Shown here: piece by piece, positions 39,839 through 51,153 of the stretch
Numbering within the stretch: the first letter of the stretch is position 1
Layout of the letters: every line of letters begins with the position of its first letter
NCBI GenBank assembly: GCA_947501605.1
Contig: CANMWZ010000003.1
Location: 228,298 to 292,297, forward strand
Direction of reading: 5' to 3'
Length of the DNA stretch: 64,000 nt
Origin: Planctomycetota bacterium
Lineage (GTDB): Bacteria; Planctomycetota; UBA1135; UBA2386
Made by a program: the position numbers and the translations under genes
The notes under the pieces: model-generated
What the model saw: only the letters and a program-made list of their open reading frames with translations
What the model was told of the DNA's origin: nothing
Databases searched by the model: none

Positions 39839-40993
39839 GTGCCGCTCCCATCGGTCCAACTGCAAGTTCGCGTTCGCGGCCGCCATCCGTGGTTCTTCCG
39901 CAAGATGGTCCGCAAGCCCGAGAAGCCCATTCCGGCGGGAAGCGTCGTGCACGTCCGCGACAAGGACCAGCGGCTGATCGGCAGCGGTTTCTACAATCCG
40001 CGCACCGACCTCGCGCTTCGGCTGTTCAGCGGGCTGGCGATTGAAGACCCAAAGGCTCATTTCCTCGCAGCCTTTGCGGAAGCCCTCGAGTTGCGCGAAC
40101 AGGTCCTGCACTTGCCCGAGGTCACCAATGCCTACCGGATCGTCCATAGTGAAGGCGATGGCTTCCCAGGCCTGATCCTCGACCGCCTCGGCGACGCGTT
40201 CGTAGCCCAGGTCAACGTCTTGGGCACCTTCCTCCAGATGGAGCACATTGGTGAGTTTCTGCGTGAGCGGCACCCGCGCTGCCGTCTCGTGATGTTGCAG
40301 GACGAGGAAATGGCTGCTCGCGAGGGCATGGAGCGCATCGGTGCACCACAGCCGATCGCCGTCGAGGTCAAGGAACACGGCCTGCGCTACGCCGTGCAAG
40401 CCGGCGGTGGCCACAAGACCGGCTTCTTCGCCGATCAGCGCGACAACCGAAAGTTGGTCCGAGAACTCGCCCGCGGCCGTTCGGTGCTCGACCTCTGCTG
40501 CAACTCCGGCGGCTTTGCCATGAACGCTGTGGCCGGTGGCGCCAAGTCCGTCCACGCGGCCGACCTCGACGAGGAGATGGTCGAGCAGACGACCGACAAC
40601 GCCGCCCGCAACGGACTCAAGATGAGGGTCGAGCATGCCGACGCGTTTGACCTTCTCCGCGACCTGCGCCCGGGAGCGCACGACTTGATCGTGCTCGACC
40701 CGCCCAAATGGGTGAAGTCGCGCGACGAGATGGAGCAGGGGCTCGGCCGCTACCGCGACCTCAACCGACTCGCCTTGGAGAAAGTCCGCCGCGGCGGGCT
40801 CGTCCTGACTTGCTCTTGCTCTGGCAGCGTCGACGAACACGTGTTCTTGCGCATGCTCGATGAAGCGGGTGTCCAGGCAGGCCGCGGCACGCGCGTGCTT
40901 GCTCTGCGCGGCGCCGGCCCAGACCACCCCATCGCGCTCGACTGCCAGCAGACGCGCTACCTCAAAGTCGCGCTCTTGCAGGTGCGCGAATGA
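39839..40993 (+). CDS. rlmI: RlmI-like SAM-dependent rRNA methyltransferase
   Basis: HPW PUA start, SEGDGFPGL, HKTGFFADQRDNR, LDPP, TCSCS and YLK. Confidence 0.88.
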   Translation: MPLPSVQLQVRVRGRHPWFFRKMVRKPEKPIPAGSVVHVRDKDQRLIGSGFYNPRTDLALRLFSGLAIEDPKAHFLAAFAEALELREQVLHLPEVTNAYRIVHSEGDGFPGLILDRLGDAFVAQVNVLGTFLQMEHIGEFLRERHPRCRLVMLQDEEMAAREGMERIGAPQPIAVEVKEHGLRYAVQAGGGHKTGFFADQRDNRKLVRELARGRSVLDLCCNSGGFAMNAVAGGAKSVHAADLDEEMVEQTTDNAARNGLKMRVEHADAFDLLRDLRPGAHDLIVLDPPKWVKSRDEMEQGLGRYRDLNRLALEKVRRGGLVLTCSCSGSVDEHVFLRMLDEAGVQAGRGTRVLALRGAGPDHPIALDCQQTRYLKVALLQVRE

Positions 40994-41565
40994 GCGAGCG
41001 CGACGATCGGCTGGCTGCGCGCCTCCAGCCATCGTCGGTGCCGTGGCAGAAGACCACACTGCGTCGCGCGGCCGTGCTGGCCGCAATCGTCGAGCACGAC
41101 GAGGAGGACGCGGTCCTGTTCTTGGTGCGGGCGGCACAGCTGCGGCACCACGCTGGCCAAATCAGCTTTCCCGGCGGCGCCGAGGACGACGATGTCGACC
41201 CGGCTTGGTGTGCTCTGCGCGAAACCGAGGAGGAGATCGGCGTGCACCGAGATCGCATCGTGCTGCTGGGCAGCCTGCCAGCGCGGACGAGTTCGTCGAA
41301 CTTCCGCGTGCACTGCCTCGTCGGCCGCATCGTGGCGGGCACCGAGATGCGTCTCGATCGACGAGAAGTGGCACGTTCCATGACCGTGCCCCTTCGCGAA
41401 CTGCTGCAACCCGAGCGTTGGTGCGAGCGCCGTCCACCAGAGGCCGAGGGCAGCCAGCTCCCAGCCAGCCCGCACTACGAACACGGCAGCGACGTGATCT
41501 GGGGCCTCACCGGTCGCTTCACTGCGGATCTGCTCGAAGCGATCCGCATCGCGAACTTCGACTAG
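40990..41565 (+). CDS. CoA pyrophosphatase (NudL-like Nudix)
   Basis: HAGQISFPGG, ALRETEEEIG and IWGLT. Confidence 0.9.
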   Translation: MSERDDRLAARLQPSSVPWQKTTLRRAAVLAAIVEHDEEDAVLFLVRAAQLRHHAGQISFPGGAEDDDVDPAWCALRETEEEIGVHRDRIVLLGSLPARTSSSNFRVHCLVGRIVAGTEMRLDRREVARSMTVPLRELLQPERWCERRPPEAEGSQLPASPHYEHGSDVIWGLTGRFTADLLEAIRIANFD

Positions 41566-43967
41566 CCGCGCAGTTGCGCGTGGATCTCGCCCGACTGCTC
41601 ACGCACCTTCTCAAGGAAACGCTGCTCATCCTTGTCGTCGAGCGTTCGATCTTCGGCACCCAGCGTGACGGTGAAGTTGAGGCTCTTGTGCAAAGCCGGC
41701 ACACCCTCACCCCGGTAGACCTCGAACAAGCGCACGTCGCGAACGAGCTTGCGACCAACGCGGCGCAAGAAGTCCGCGACGTCGATGACGCGTACAGCCT
41801 CTGGCACTTGCAGGGCGACGTCGATGGGCAGGAGTGGAAACTGAGGCAACTGTGCAAACGCTGGTTCGTGGCGACCACTGCCGAGCAGGGCTCGCACATC
41901 GATAGTGGCGATCGCGGTAGTAACCGGAACGCCGAGGCCGCGCGCCGCGGCAGGGTGCAAGTGGGCGACAAAGCCCACCGGCGAGCCATCGCGGTCCAGC
42001 GCCACGGCAGCGTTGGGATGCACCCAAGGTTGGTTGCTGCCGTGCCAACTGCGGGTGAGGTCGACTGGGTAGGCGACTCGCTGCAGCAACGTCGCGACTG
42101 CCTCGCGCAATTCGGCAAAGGGGTGTTCGCCGCTGCGCCTGGTCCACACCAGCGCCATCTCGCGAACTTCGCGTGGCAGGCCGTCGCTGTCGCGAACCTC
42201 CGGCTGATAGCCCTTGCCGTGCTCAAAGAGCAGGACCTCAGACTCGCGGCGCAGGTTCTGGACCAAGTTGGAGAGCAGACTCGGCAACACGTGGCGGCGG
42301 ATGCGCGTGATCTCGGGGGCCACAGGATTGGTGACGCGCACGTAGGCGTGATCCTGCGCGGATACCTGCTGCAGCACTTGGTCGGGGACGAACGTGTAGT
42401 CGTAGACTTCGTTGGCGCCGAGCTCGGTCGCCGCCACCTCACCGAGGCGACGCGCCAAGAAGTGCTCGGGCTCGCGCACTGGCGGCACGACCACGCTCTG
42501 TAGCGGCTGCTCCTCGATGTTGTCGTAGCGGAACATGCGCCCGACCTCTTCGACGAGGTCGTCCTCGATGGCAATGTCCTTCGTGGCGCGAAAGCTCGGC
42601 GCCGTGACGATCCAGCCAGCGGCGGACTCATCGACCGAAAACTGCAGCGAGCGCAGGATGCCGGTGATCTGCGCCTTCGGCAGTGACACGCCGAGCTTTT
42701 GGTCCAGCCGATCCTGGCGTAGCACGATCGGCTTCGGCTCGTAGCGGAACCCAGCCGGATCGACCAAGGGACCAGCCACACTGACCGAGGGGCAGTAGTG
42801 CTGCAGTAGCCGGACGAAGTGATGCACCGCGACTTCCGCGTTGGCCGGATCCTGCGCCTTCTCGAAGCGAGCGCTCGCGTCGGTGCGCAAGCCCAGTCGC
42901 ATGCTCGTTCGCCGGATCGTCGCGGCGTGGAAGTTCGCGGACTCGAGAAACAGCGAGGTCGTCTGGTTGCCGACCATGGTGCCAGCTCCACCCATGATGC
43001 CCGCGAGCGCTTCTGGCTCGTCGTCGGCACAGATCAGCAGGTCGGTCGGTTCGAGCACGCGCTTCTGTTCGTCGAGCGTCGTGATGTGTTCACCCTTCTT
43101 GGCAAACCGCACGTGCACCGAACGGCCCTTCAGGTGCGAGGCATCAAATGCGTGCATCGGCTGACCGAGATCGAGCATCACGAAGTTCGTGAGATCGACC
43201 GGCAGGTTGATCGAACGCTGCCCCACCGCAGCGAGCAGCATGCGCAACTCGAACGGTGACGGCCCCGCGACCACGCCATCGAGACGGAGGCCACAGTAGC
43301 GCGGGCAGGCCCGGCGATCCTCGATGCGAACCTCGACGCGTTCCCCGTGTGCAGGCCAGGACAGCGGCTCGCACAGCGGCTTCAGCGGACGGCCGTAGAT
43401 CGCCGCGAGTTCACGAGCCACCCCGTAATGGCCCCACAAGTCCGGACGATGATTGATCGACTTGTTGTCGAGCTCCAGCACCATGTCCTGCGCCGGCATC
43501 ACGTCAACGAAGCGCGCACCGACTTGCACGTTTGCCGGCAACACGAGGATGCCGTTGTGATCCTGCGAGAGCCCGAGTTCCTGCTCGCTGCAGATCATCC
43601 CGTGCGATTCGACGCCGCGGATCTTGGCCGGCTTGATCTTGAGCGGCCCCTTACCGCCCGCGTCGGGCAAGGAGTTACCCGGCTCAATGACCACAACTTT
43701 CTGGCCGCGCTCGACGTTGGGCGCGCCGCACACGATCTGCTCGACGCGCCCTGGGGCCAGCGCAACACGGCAGATGCTCAGCTTGTCGGCATCGGGGTGA
43801 CGCTCCTTGTGCAACACCTCCCCCACGACCAGCGACTCGAGGCCGTGACCGAACGGGTGGATGCCGTCGATCTCCGCCGTACTCATCGTGAGGTCGGCGA
43901 GGATGCGCTGCGGCTCGAGGTCGGAGAGGTCGACGTGGCGCGACAACCAGCGGAGGGAGAGCTTCAT
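41562..43967 (-). CDS. pheT: Phenylalanyl-tRNA synthetase beta subunit
   Basis: HPDADKL, IVCGAPN, GQPMHAFD, DLVEEVGR and C-terminal FDX-ACB domain. Confidence 0.97.
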   Translation of the reverse strand: MKLSLRWLSRHVDLSDLEPQRILADLTMSTAEIDGIHPFGHGLESLVVGEVLHKERHPDADKLSICRVALAPGRVEQIVCGAPNVERGQKVVVIEPGNSLPDAGGKGPLKIKPAKIRGVESHGMICSEQELGLSQDHNGILVLPANVQVGARFVDVMPAQDMVLELDNKSINHRPDLWGHYGVARELAAIYGRPLKPLCEPLSWPAHGERVEVRIEDRRACPRYCGLRLDGVVAGPSPFELRMLLAAVGQRSINLPVDLTNFVMLDLGQPMHAFDASHLKGRSVHVRFAKKGEHITTLDEQKRVLEPTDLLICADDEPEALAGIMGGAGTMVGNQTTSLFLESANFHAATIRRTSMRLGLRTDASARFEKAQDPANAEVAVHHFVRLLQHYCPSVSVAGPLVDPAGFRYEPKPIVLRQDRLDQKLGVSLPKAQITGILRSLQFSVDESAAGWIVTAPSFRATKDIAIEDDLVEEVGRMFRYDNIEEQPLQSVVVPPVREPEHFLARRLGEVAATELGANEVYDYTFVPDQVLQQVSAQDHAYVRVTNPVAPEITRIRRHVLPSLLSNLVQNLRRESEVLLFEHGKGYQPEVRDSDGLPREVREMALVWTRRSGEHPFAELREAVATLLQRVAYPVDLTRSWHGSNQPWVHPNAAVALDRDGSPVGFVAHLHPAAARGLGVPVTTAIATIDVRALLGSGRHEPAFAQLPQFPLLPIDVALQVPEAVRVIDVADFLRRVGRKLVRDVRLFEVYRGEGVPALHKSLNFTVTLGAEDRTLDDKDEQRFLEKVREQSGEIHAQLRG

Positions 43968-43981
43968 GGCGAGCCGGGCCC

Positions 43982-45019
43982 CTACTTTGAAACCGTCGGG
44001 AACTGGCGCAGGAACCGAAGGTCCCCACCCATGAACAAGCGGATGTCGTCGATGCCGTAGCGCAGCATCACGACGCGCTGGAGGCCCATGCCGAACGCGA
44101 AGCCGGTGTACTGCTCTGGGTCAATGCCACCCTGACGCAGCACATTGGGATGGACCATCCCGCACGGAAGGATCTCGATCCAGCCGGACTGCTTGCAGAC
44201 CGAGCAGCCCTTCCCACCGCAAAACGGGCAATTGACGTCGAGTTCGAAGCCAGGCTCCACGAATGGGAAGAACCCAGGCCGCAGCCGCACCTTGAGGTCT
44301 TGGCGCCCGAGCACGACGCGCAGACACGTCTTCATCGTGTGGATCAGATTCGCGACGCTGACCTTGCGATCCACCACCAGACCTTCCATCTGGTAGAACG
44401 TGTGCTCGTGGCTCTTGTCGACGGTCTCGGCGCGGAAGCACCGACCGGGGACAATGACCTTCAACGGCGGCTGGAAGTCCTTTGCGAAACGCCGCAGCGT
44501 GCGCACTTGGACCGGCGACGTATGCGTTCGCAGCAGATTGCCGTCGTCGAGCCAGAAGGTGTCCTGACTCTCGCGCGCCGGGTGGTCGCCCGGGATGTTG
44601 AGGGCGTCAAAGTTGTAGTGCTCGGTCTCCACCTCGGGACCGTCCTGCCACGAGAAGCCCATCGACGTGAACAGGTCGACCAGCTCCTGCTGCACGATGG
44701 TGATCGGGTGGAGCGAGCCGATGCGACGTCGCGGACCAGGCTGGCTCGGGTCAAAGCCGGTGGCCGCAAGCTCGCGCTCCATCGACTGCGCCGAAACCGT
44801 GGCGCGGCGCGCGGCGAGCGCAGCCTCGACGTCCTGCTTCAGCTCGTTGAGAGCCTTGCCGGCTGCTGGCCGCTCGCTCTTGTCAAGTTGGCTGACCGAG
44901 CGCAGGAGCTCCTGCAACTCGCCCTTCTTGCCGAGAAGACGCGACTCAACCTGCGCAAGCGCAGTCTCGTCCGCGACAGTAGCGATGGCCGCAAGCCACT
45001 CACGACGACGGTCCTGCAT
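43982..45019 (-). CDS. pheS: Phenylalanyl-tRNA synthetase alpha subunit
   Basis: HPARESQDTF, LRTHTSPVQ, FPFVEP and GFAFGMG. Confidence 0.98.
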   Translation of the reverse strand: MQDRRREWLAAIATVADETALAQVESRLLGKKGELQELLRSVSQLDKSERPAAGKALNELKQDVEAALAARRATVSAQSMERELAATGFDPSQPGPRRRIGSLHPITIVQQELVDLFTSMGFSWQDGPEVETEHYNFDALNIPGDHPARESQDTFWLDDGNLLRTHTSPVQVRTLRRFAKDFQPPLKVIVPGRCFRAETVDKSHEHTFYQMEGLVVDRKVSVANLIHTMKTCLRVVLGRQDLKVRLRPGFFPFVEPGFELDVNCPFCGGKGCSVCKQSGWIEILPCGMVHPNVLRQGGIDPEQYTGFAFGMGLQRVVMLRYGIDDIRLFMGGDLRFLRQFPTVSK

Positions 45020-45156
45020 CGGCTCTCGACGGGGTTAGCAATCAAGAGTCCGGTCCGCCGCAGAAGGGCGGCGGTGTCCGCACGCAATCTTCGCGCTGCG
45101 GCCCGGACCGGGCTCGAGCCGGGCGGGCTCAAGAATGCATCGGACTACAAGCGGAC

Positions 45157-45516
45157 TCAGCTAGCGAGAGCTTGCTGGGCCTGCTGGCAGATCTGCTCGA
45201 ACATCTTGGGGTCGTGGATGGCGAGCTCGCTGAGTTCCTTGCGGTTCAGCTTGATGCCGGCCTTCTGCACACCGTGGATGAACTGCGAGTAGCGCAGCCC
45301 GAGCGGGCGCACGGCAGCCGTTAGGCGCGTGATCCACAAGGCCCGATACTGGCGCTTCTTTTGTTGGCGGCCGATGAACGCGTAAACCGCTGCGCGGATT
45401 ACGGTTTCCTGGGCTACCCGGAACAGGTTGCGACGGCCTTGGTGATAGCCCTTCGCGCGCTTCAGGATCTTGTTGTGGCGCTGCCGATGAGCAGGACCAT
45501 TCGTAGTGCGAACCAT
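45157..45516 (-). CDS. rplT: 50S ribosomal protein bL20
   Basis: KILKRAKGY, RALWITRL and LNRKELSELA. Confidence 0.97.
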   Translation of the reverse strand: MVRTTNGPAHRQRHNKILKRAKGYHQGRRNLFRVAQETVIRAAVYAFIGRQQKKRQYRALWITRLTAAVRPLGLRYSQFIHGVQKAGIKLNRKELSELAIHDPKMFEQICQQAQQALAS

Positions 45517-45519
45517 GGG

Positions 45520-45723
45520 TTACCTCCTCTTGCCGCCGAGGCACTCGCGCATGTTGACTTCGAACTTGCCAACGCACAGGGCGTCCTTGCGCAACTGGCG
45601 CTTCCGCTTCGTCGTGCGGCGCACCATGATGTGCGAAGTGAACGCGTGACTGCGTTTGACCTTGCCGCTCTTGGTCAGCTTCATGCGCTTGACCACGGCC
45701 TTCTTCGTCTTCTGCTTGGGCAT
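45520..45723 (-). CDS. rpmI: 50S ribosomal protein bL35
   Basis: [21 protein letters not shown]...KRKRQLR. Confidence 0.96.
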   Translation of the reverse strand: MPKQKTKKAVVKRMKLTKSGKVKRSHAFTSHIMVRRTTKRKRQLRKDALCVGKFEVNMRECLGGKRR

Positions 45724-45749
45724 CGGATTACGGACGTAAAGGGCCAAGG

Positions 45750-45778
45750 ACGGTAGCGACCGCGGCACGGAACGGCAA
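45750..45778 (-). promoter_or_regulatory. Sigma70-type promoter of rpmI-rplT
   Basis: TTGCCG-17 nt-TACCGT, then CCTTGGCCCT. Confidence 0.55.
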
Positions 45779-45837
45779 GCGTAGCGGAGGAAAACTCCGA
45801 CGAACGTTGGAATGCTGGGGCAGAGCCCGTCCCCGCG

Positions 45838-46701
45838 ATGGCAAAAGCCTCGCTAGCACCGGCCCTCGCCGGCACCATGCTCGCCCCCATGGAACTCCTC
45901 GCCGCGGCGCTGCAGGGCGCCTGCTTCCTCGTCGCCGCAGCCGCGCTCTGCTACGCCCCCCTCTGGCGCCTCGCTGCGTTGCTGCTGCTAGGCACAGCAA
46001 TCTTCTGCGCCTACCTCGGGGTCACTGGCCCCGAGGAGCGTGAACTGGTCACCCAGCACACGTTCGTCGGCTACGAGGGCATTGAGTTGGAGCCCAGCGC
46101 CGTCCATCACGCGACCGGCACGGAGCGCGCCCCCGGCTGGCAGTGGCCACTGCCGTTTCTGGGCTTTGCCGTGCTCTGGACCGTGTTGCTAGCGGCGCGC
46201 CGCAACCGCGATCCCGATGGCGATGAAGAGAATCCGTGGCTGCTCCCGCTGCTGCTAGGCTGGACCGCGACGGCCTGCTGGATCGGCATGCAGAAGCTGG
46301 CGGCACCCTCCGAACTCGTGCACCCGTTCGCCCTCGAGCGGTTCCTCTGGCCAGCAGGCCTCGCCTTGTCGCTTCGAATCGCGGCGGTGACCAAGAAGCT
46401 CCTGCCCCTACTCCTGCTTCTAGCCCTAGGCGCAACCCTGCTGCGACTGCCGGCGGCGGTCTTCAGCAAGTACGCGAGCGACCAGCACCTCGGCACCAGC
46501 CTCGACATCAGCTCGATCACCCAACTCGTGCACCCGATTCAACGAGTGCAATTGGAAGTGACGAGCGGCTCCTCGGAGCAGCAGTTCTGGCTGATCTGGG
46601 CCGAGCACGTGCTCGCCTACCCGGCGTTTCACTGCATGAGCTACTTCGGTTTCGCGTTCGCGATCTGGTTGCTGCACCGGCAATCGGGACCATCGGCCTA
46701 A
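45838..46701 (+). CDS. Hypothetical multi-pass membrane protein
   Basis: About 7 hydrophobic segments; fills the gap between rpmI and kgd. Start uncertain. Confidence 0.7.
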   Translation: MAKASLAPALAGTMLAPMELLAAALQGACFLVAAAALCYAPLWRLAALLLLGTAIFCAYLGVTGPEERELVTQHTFVGYEGIELEPSAVHHATGTERAPGWQWPLPFLGFAVLWTVLLAARRNRDPDGDEENPWLLPLLLGWTATACWIGMQKLAAPSELVHPFALERFLWPAGLALSLRIAAVTKKLLPLLLLLALGATLLRLPAAVFSKYASDQHLGTSLDISSITQLVHPIQRVQLEVTSGSSEQQFWLIWAEHVLAYPAFHCMSYFGFAFAIWLLHRQSGPSA

Positions 46702-46723
46702 GGCCGCAAGCGACCGACGCCGC

Positions 46724-49700
46724 TCAGCCCAGCGCGCGCACGACCAAGTCCGCCTGCTCCTGCTTGTGGCGCTGCAGCGATCCCGTCGCCGGGCTCGCCG
46801 CCGCTGGTCGCGTCGCCCACGACGCCCAGTCGAACCGGTCGCGCACGAAGGTCCAAGCCCCCATGTTCTGCGGCTCTTCCTGACAGAACACCCAACTCGC
46901 AGCGCCATACTTGCTGCGCAGCTCCGCGAGCGGCGTCTCCGGGAACGGATACAGCAACTCGAGCCGCACGATCGCGACGTCGTCGCGGTCGCCGCGCGCG
47001 TCGACGAGGTCGTAGTACACCTTGCCGCTGCAGGCAACCACGCGCTTCACCCTCTTGGGATCGCGCCCGGAGGCGGCGAACGCGGCGTCGTCTTTCACCG
47101 GTTGGAAGCCAACCTGCGACAACTCGGCGACCGGCGAACCTGCTTCCTTCTGACGCAGCAGACTCTTCGGCGTCATGACGATCAGTGGCTTGCGGTCGGC
47201 ATCGACTGCCTGACGGCGCAGTAGATGGTAGTAGCTACCGGCTGTCGACGGGTTCGCCACGCGCATGTTCTGCTCGGCGCAGAGTTGCAGGAAGCGCTCG
47301 AGGCGGGCCGAACTGTGCTCCGGTCCCTGACCGTCGTAGCCATGCGGCAGCAGCAACACGAGGCCTGATTGCTGCGACCACTTCGCTTCGCCGGCCGCGA
47401 GGAACTGGTCGATCTGGATCTGTGCGCCGTTGCAGAAGTCGCCGAACTGCGCCTCCCACAGGCACAGGCTTTCGGGGCGCGCCACGCTATAGCCGTACTC
47501 GAAACCGAGCGCAGCCTCTTCGCTGAGCAGCGAATCGACCACGACAAACGGAGCCTCTGCCCCCTCCAGGTGGTCGAGCGGCACGTAGCGCCGATTCGAC
47601 GTGAAGTCGAACAGCGACGCGTGACGCTGGCTGAACGTCCCCCGGCCACTGTCCTGGCCGGCCAGGCGAATCGGCGTGCCTGTGGTTACCAGAGTGGCAA
47701 ACGCAAGCGTCTCGGCGGTGGCGAAGTCCACCGGCTGATGGCCTGCCATCATCTCGCTGCGGCGCGCGAGCACTTGCTTGACCTTTGGGTGCCCGTGGAA
47801 GTCCTCGGGCCACGTGAGCAGCTCCGCCATCAAGGCAGCAAGTCGATCTTGCGGCACAAGGGGAACCGAGCACAGCCATTCGCGCGGCTCCGATGGCGGC
47901 TGCAAACGCACCTCGGGCGGGACGGCCAATCGGACGGTGTCGAGCGACCCCTTCAGCTCATGCTGAACGCGCTCATCGTAGTTCTTGATGTCGTCCTTCT
48001 GCAGCACACCGGCGCGGACCAGGAAGTCCTGGTACTGCTCCCGGACCGTCGGGTGTTGCTCGATGGCCTTGTAGAGCAGCGGCTGGGTATAGCTCGGCTC
48101 GTCGCCTTCGTTGTGGCCGTGGCGGCGGTAGCAGACGATGTCGAGCACGACGTCCCGCTGGAACTGCATGCGGTAGTCGAGCGCCAAGCGAATCATGCGA
48201 ATGGCGGCGAGCGGATCATCCCCGTTGACGTGGAAGACCGGGGCCTGCACGCCCTTGGCAACGTCGGTGCAGAATGGCGTGCTGCGCGAATCCTCGGGCG
48301 ACGTCGTGTAACCGATCTGGTTGTTGACGACGACGTGAACCGTGCCACCCGTGCGGTAGCCGTGCAGCTGCGACATCTGCAGCGTTTCGTGAACGATGCC
48401 CTGGCCGGCGAAGGCAGCATCGCCATGCACGAGCACCGGCAAGACCTGGCGACGGTCCTGGTCCTTTGGCAACTGCTCCATGCGCGCACGCGCCACACCT
48501 TCGACCACAGGGTCCACGGCCTCGAGGTGGCTTGGATTGCAGGCAAGCTCGAGTTCGAGGTCGGCCCCGTTCTGTGCCCGGTGCACCGCGGTCGCACCGA
48601 GGTGGTACTTCACATCGCCTGAACCCTGGGTCATGTCCGGGTCGAGGTAGCCCTCGAACTCGGTGAAGATCTTGGTCAGTGGCTTCTGCAACACGTGCGC
48701 GAGCACATTGAGGCGCCCGCGGTGGGCCATGCCGAGGACGACCCGACGGATGCCCGAGTCGGCGCCGTGCTCGAGCAGCGCGTCGAGCACCGGGATCAGC
48801 GTTTCACCGCCCTCGAGGGAGAAGCGCTTGTGGCCGACGAAACGAGTGTGGAGGAAGCGCTCGAAAGCCTCGGCCGAGACCAGCTTGTCGAGGGCGCGCA
48901 GCATCACTGCCTTGGGCAGCTCTTCGGCATTGCGGTTGCCCTCCATGCGATGACGGAGCCAACGGCGCTGCTCCATGTCGGCGATGTGCATGTACTCGAC
49001 GCCGATGTGGCGGCAGTACGTGAGGTGCAAGGTCTCCTGGATCTCGCGCAACGTCGCGAACGGCTTCTTGGTCACACCGTCGCTGTAGAAGGTGCGCTCC
49101 TTGTCCCAGATCGTGAGCCCGTAGGTCGACATGTCGAGCTCGGGCCAGTCTTTTGGCGCGTAGCTCAGCGGATCGAGATCCGCGAGCACGTGGCCGCGAA
49201 CGCGGTAGCTGCGGATGTAGGTCATCAGCCCCGCGGCGCGTTCGAGGTTCTCCGACTCGCGCAGCGTCGAACCGAGCGGTGGCCTGCGGTCGTGCACCAT
49301 GTGCACCGGGCGATACGGCACCTTCAGCGAACGGAAAATGCCCTCGTAGAAACCCTCTTCGCCGAGCAACAGGCGATACATCCAATCGAGGAACTGGCCC
49401 GACTCCGCTCCCTGGATGACGCGGTGGTCGTAGGTGCTAGTCAGCGTCATCACGTTGCTGACGCCGAGCTCCGTCAGCACCTCGACCGAGGCGCCTTGCA
49501 GGGCGCCAGGAACCGTGATCGCGCCGGTCGCGAGGATGAACGCCTGGCCTGACATCAATCGCGGCAACGAACTCTGCGTGCCGATGGTGCCAGGGTTCGT
49601 CAGCGTCCAGGTCGTGTCGGCAAAGTCCTCGGGTGTAAGTTTGCCGGCGCGGGCACGGTCGATCAGCGCGCTGTAGGCAGTGAGGAAGGCCTTGAAGTCC

Positions 49701-50287
49701 ATCGCCCCGGCATTCTTGACGTTCGGCACCACGAGGCTGCGGCGGCCGTCCTTTCCGGGCAGATCGATCGCGACGCCGAAGTTGACGTGCTCGGTACGCT
49801 TGCGGAACGGCTTGCCGTCCACGAGCACAAAGGCCCCCGCCATCGCCTTCACGCGGGCGATGGCTTGCAGGGCGGCGAAGGCGATCAGATGCGTGAAGCT
49901 GACCTTCGGCAGGATGAGACCCTGCTGATGCCGATTGAGAATGTGGCGGTTCTCTTCGAGCACCTTCACCGGCACCTCGCGGCTAGACGTCGCGGTGGGG
50001 ACCGAAAGGCTGTCCTCCATGTTGGCGACGATGCGCGCAGCGACGCCGGTCAGAGCTTGCAAGCCAGCGGGCACATCGCTCGTCGAGGCATTCGCCGCGG
50101 CCGCGACCGGTGGAGCCACCGCAACCGCCGCGCGCGCCACCGCGCGCTGGTCCTCAGGCAACGTCGTGTCGAACCACCGTCGCCACTCCTCGGGCACCGC
50201 CTCGGGTGCTTCGAGATAGTCGCTGTAGACCTTCTCCGCGTAGGCGGCGTTGAGACCGAACACTTCCTCGAAATCAGGGCGACTCAT
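46724..50287 (-). CDS. kgd: Kgd/OdhA-type multifunctional 2-oxoglutarate dehydrogenase (E2-like domain fused to E1)
   Basis: TNPGTIG and TYDHRVIQGAESG (E2); KRFSLEG, GMAHRGRLN, HGDAAF and WEAQFGDF (E1). Confidence 0.93.
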   Translation of the reverse strand: MSRPDFEEVFGLNAAYAEKVYSDYLEAPEAVPEEWRRWFDTTLPEDQRAVARAAVAVAPPVAAAANASTSDVPAGLQALTGVAARIVANMEDSLSVPTATSSREVPVKVLEENRHILNRHQQGLILPKVSFTHLIAFAALQAIARVKAMAGAFVLVDGKPFRKRTEHVNFGVAIDLPGKDGRRSLVVPNVKNAGAMDFKAFLTAYSALIDRARAGKLTPEDFADTTWTLTNPGTIGTQSSLPRLMSGQAFILATGAITVPGALQGASVEVLTELGVSNVMTLTSTYDHRVIQGAESGQFLDWMYRLLLGEEGFYEGIFRSLKVPYRPVHMVHDRRPPLGSTLRESENLERAAGLMTYIRSYRVRGHVLADLDPLSYAPKDWPELDMSTYGLTIWDKERTFYSDGVTKKPFATLREIQETLHLTYCRHIGVEYMHIADMEQRRWLRHRMEGNRNAEELPKAVMLRALDKLVSAEAFERFLHTRFVGHKRFSLEGGETLIPVLDALLEHGADSGIRRVVLGMAHRGRLNVLAHVLQKPLTKIFTEFEGYLDPDMTQGSGDVKYHLGATAVHRAQNGADLELELACNPSHLEAVDPVVEGVARARMEQLPKDQDRRQVLPVLVHGDAAFAGQGIVHETLQMSQLHGYRTGGTVHVVVNNQIGYTTSPEDSRSTPFCTDVAKGVQAPVFHVNGDDPLAAIRMIRLALDYRMQFQRDVVLDIVCYRRHGHNEGDEPSYTQPLLYKAIEQHPTVREQYQDFLVRAGVLQKDDIKNYDERVQHELKGSLDTVRLAVPPEVRLQPPSEPREWLCSVPLVPQDRLAALMAELLTWPEDFHGHPKVKQVLARRSEMMAGHQPVDFATAETLAFATLVTTGTPIRLAGQDSGRGTFSQRHASLFDFTSNRRYVPLDHLEGAEAPFVVVDSLLSEEAALGFEYGYSVARPESLCLWEAQFGDFCNGAQIQIDQFLAAGEAKWSQQSGLVLLLPHGYDGQGPEHSSARLERFLQLCAEQNMRVANPSTAGSYYHLLRRQAVDADRKPLIVMTPKSLLRQKEAGSPVAELSQVGFQPVKDDAAFAASGRDPKRVKRVVACSGKVYYDLVDARGDRDDVAIVRLELLYPFPETPLAELRSKYGAASWVFCQEEPQNMGAWTFVRDRFDWASWATRPAAASPATGSLQRHKQEQADLVVRALG

Positions 50288-50431
50288 AGGCATGGCACAT
50301 AGACGCACGACGGCGGCGAGGCCGTCGGGTCGCTGGCTAGAGACAATCGGACGAACGTCGATCAGACTGCAGTCGGGCTTCAAGATCGGACTGACCCGGA
50401 AAAGGCCAGCCGATCCCTCAGCACGGGCGGC

Positions 50432-50977
<546 letters not shown>

Positions 50978-51057
50978 GAAGCCTCGTCATTGCGTGGAAT
51001 CGTCTCCTGTGGGTTTCTGCGGGTCGCCGGCGGTTCTGCCGCTCGGCGAGGGCGCAG

Positions 51058-51086
51058 AGGTTAGGAAGGACCGCGCGGGGCCGCAA
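51058..51086 (-). promoter_or_regulatory. Sigma70-type promoter of infC
   Basis: TTGCGG-17 nt-TAACCT, then CTGCGCCCT. Confidence 0.6.
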
Positions 51087-51153
51087 CGGGCAGCAGCGCG
51101 AACGGGCGCACGACTTGTAGGCACCCCGTGGAGCGCGGCGCTACAACCGGGGC

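Noticed and set aside
39668..41137. 646-aa minus-strand ORF
   Set aside because: Mostly antisense to rlmI; only the last 156 aa look like a real gene.
45020..45156. T-box or pheM-type attenuator before pheS
   Set aside because: GC hairpins are present, but no T-box consensus or Phe-rich leader peptide was found.
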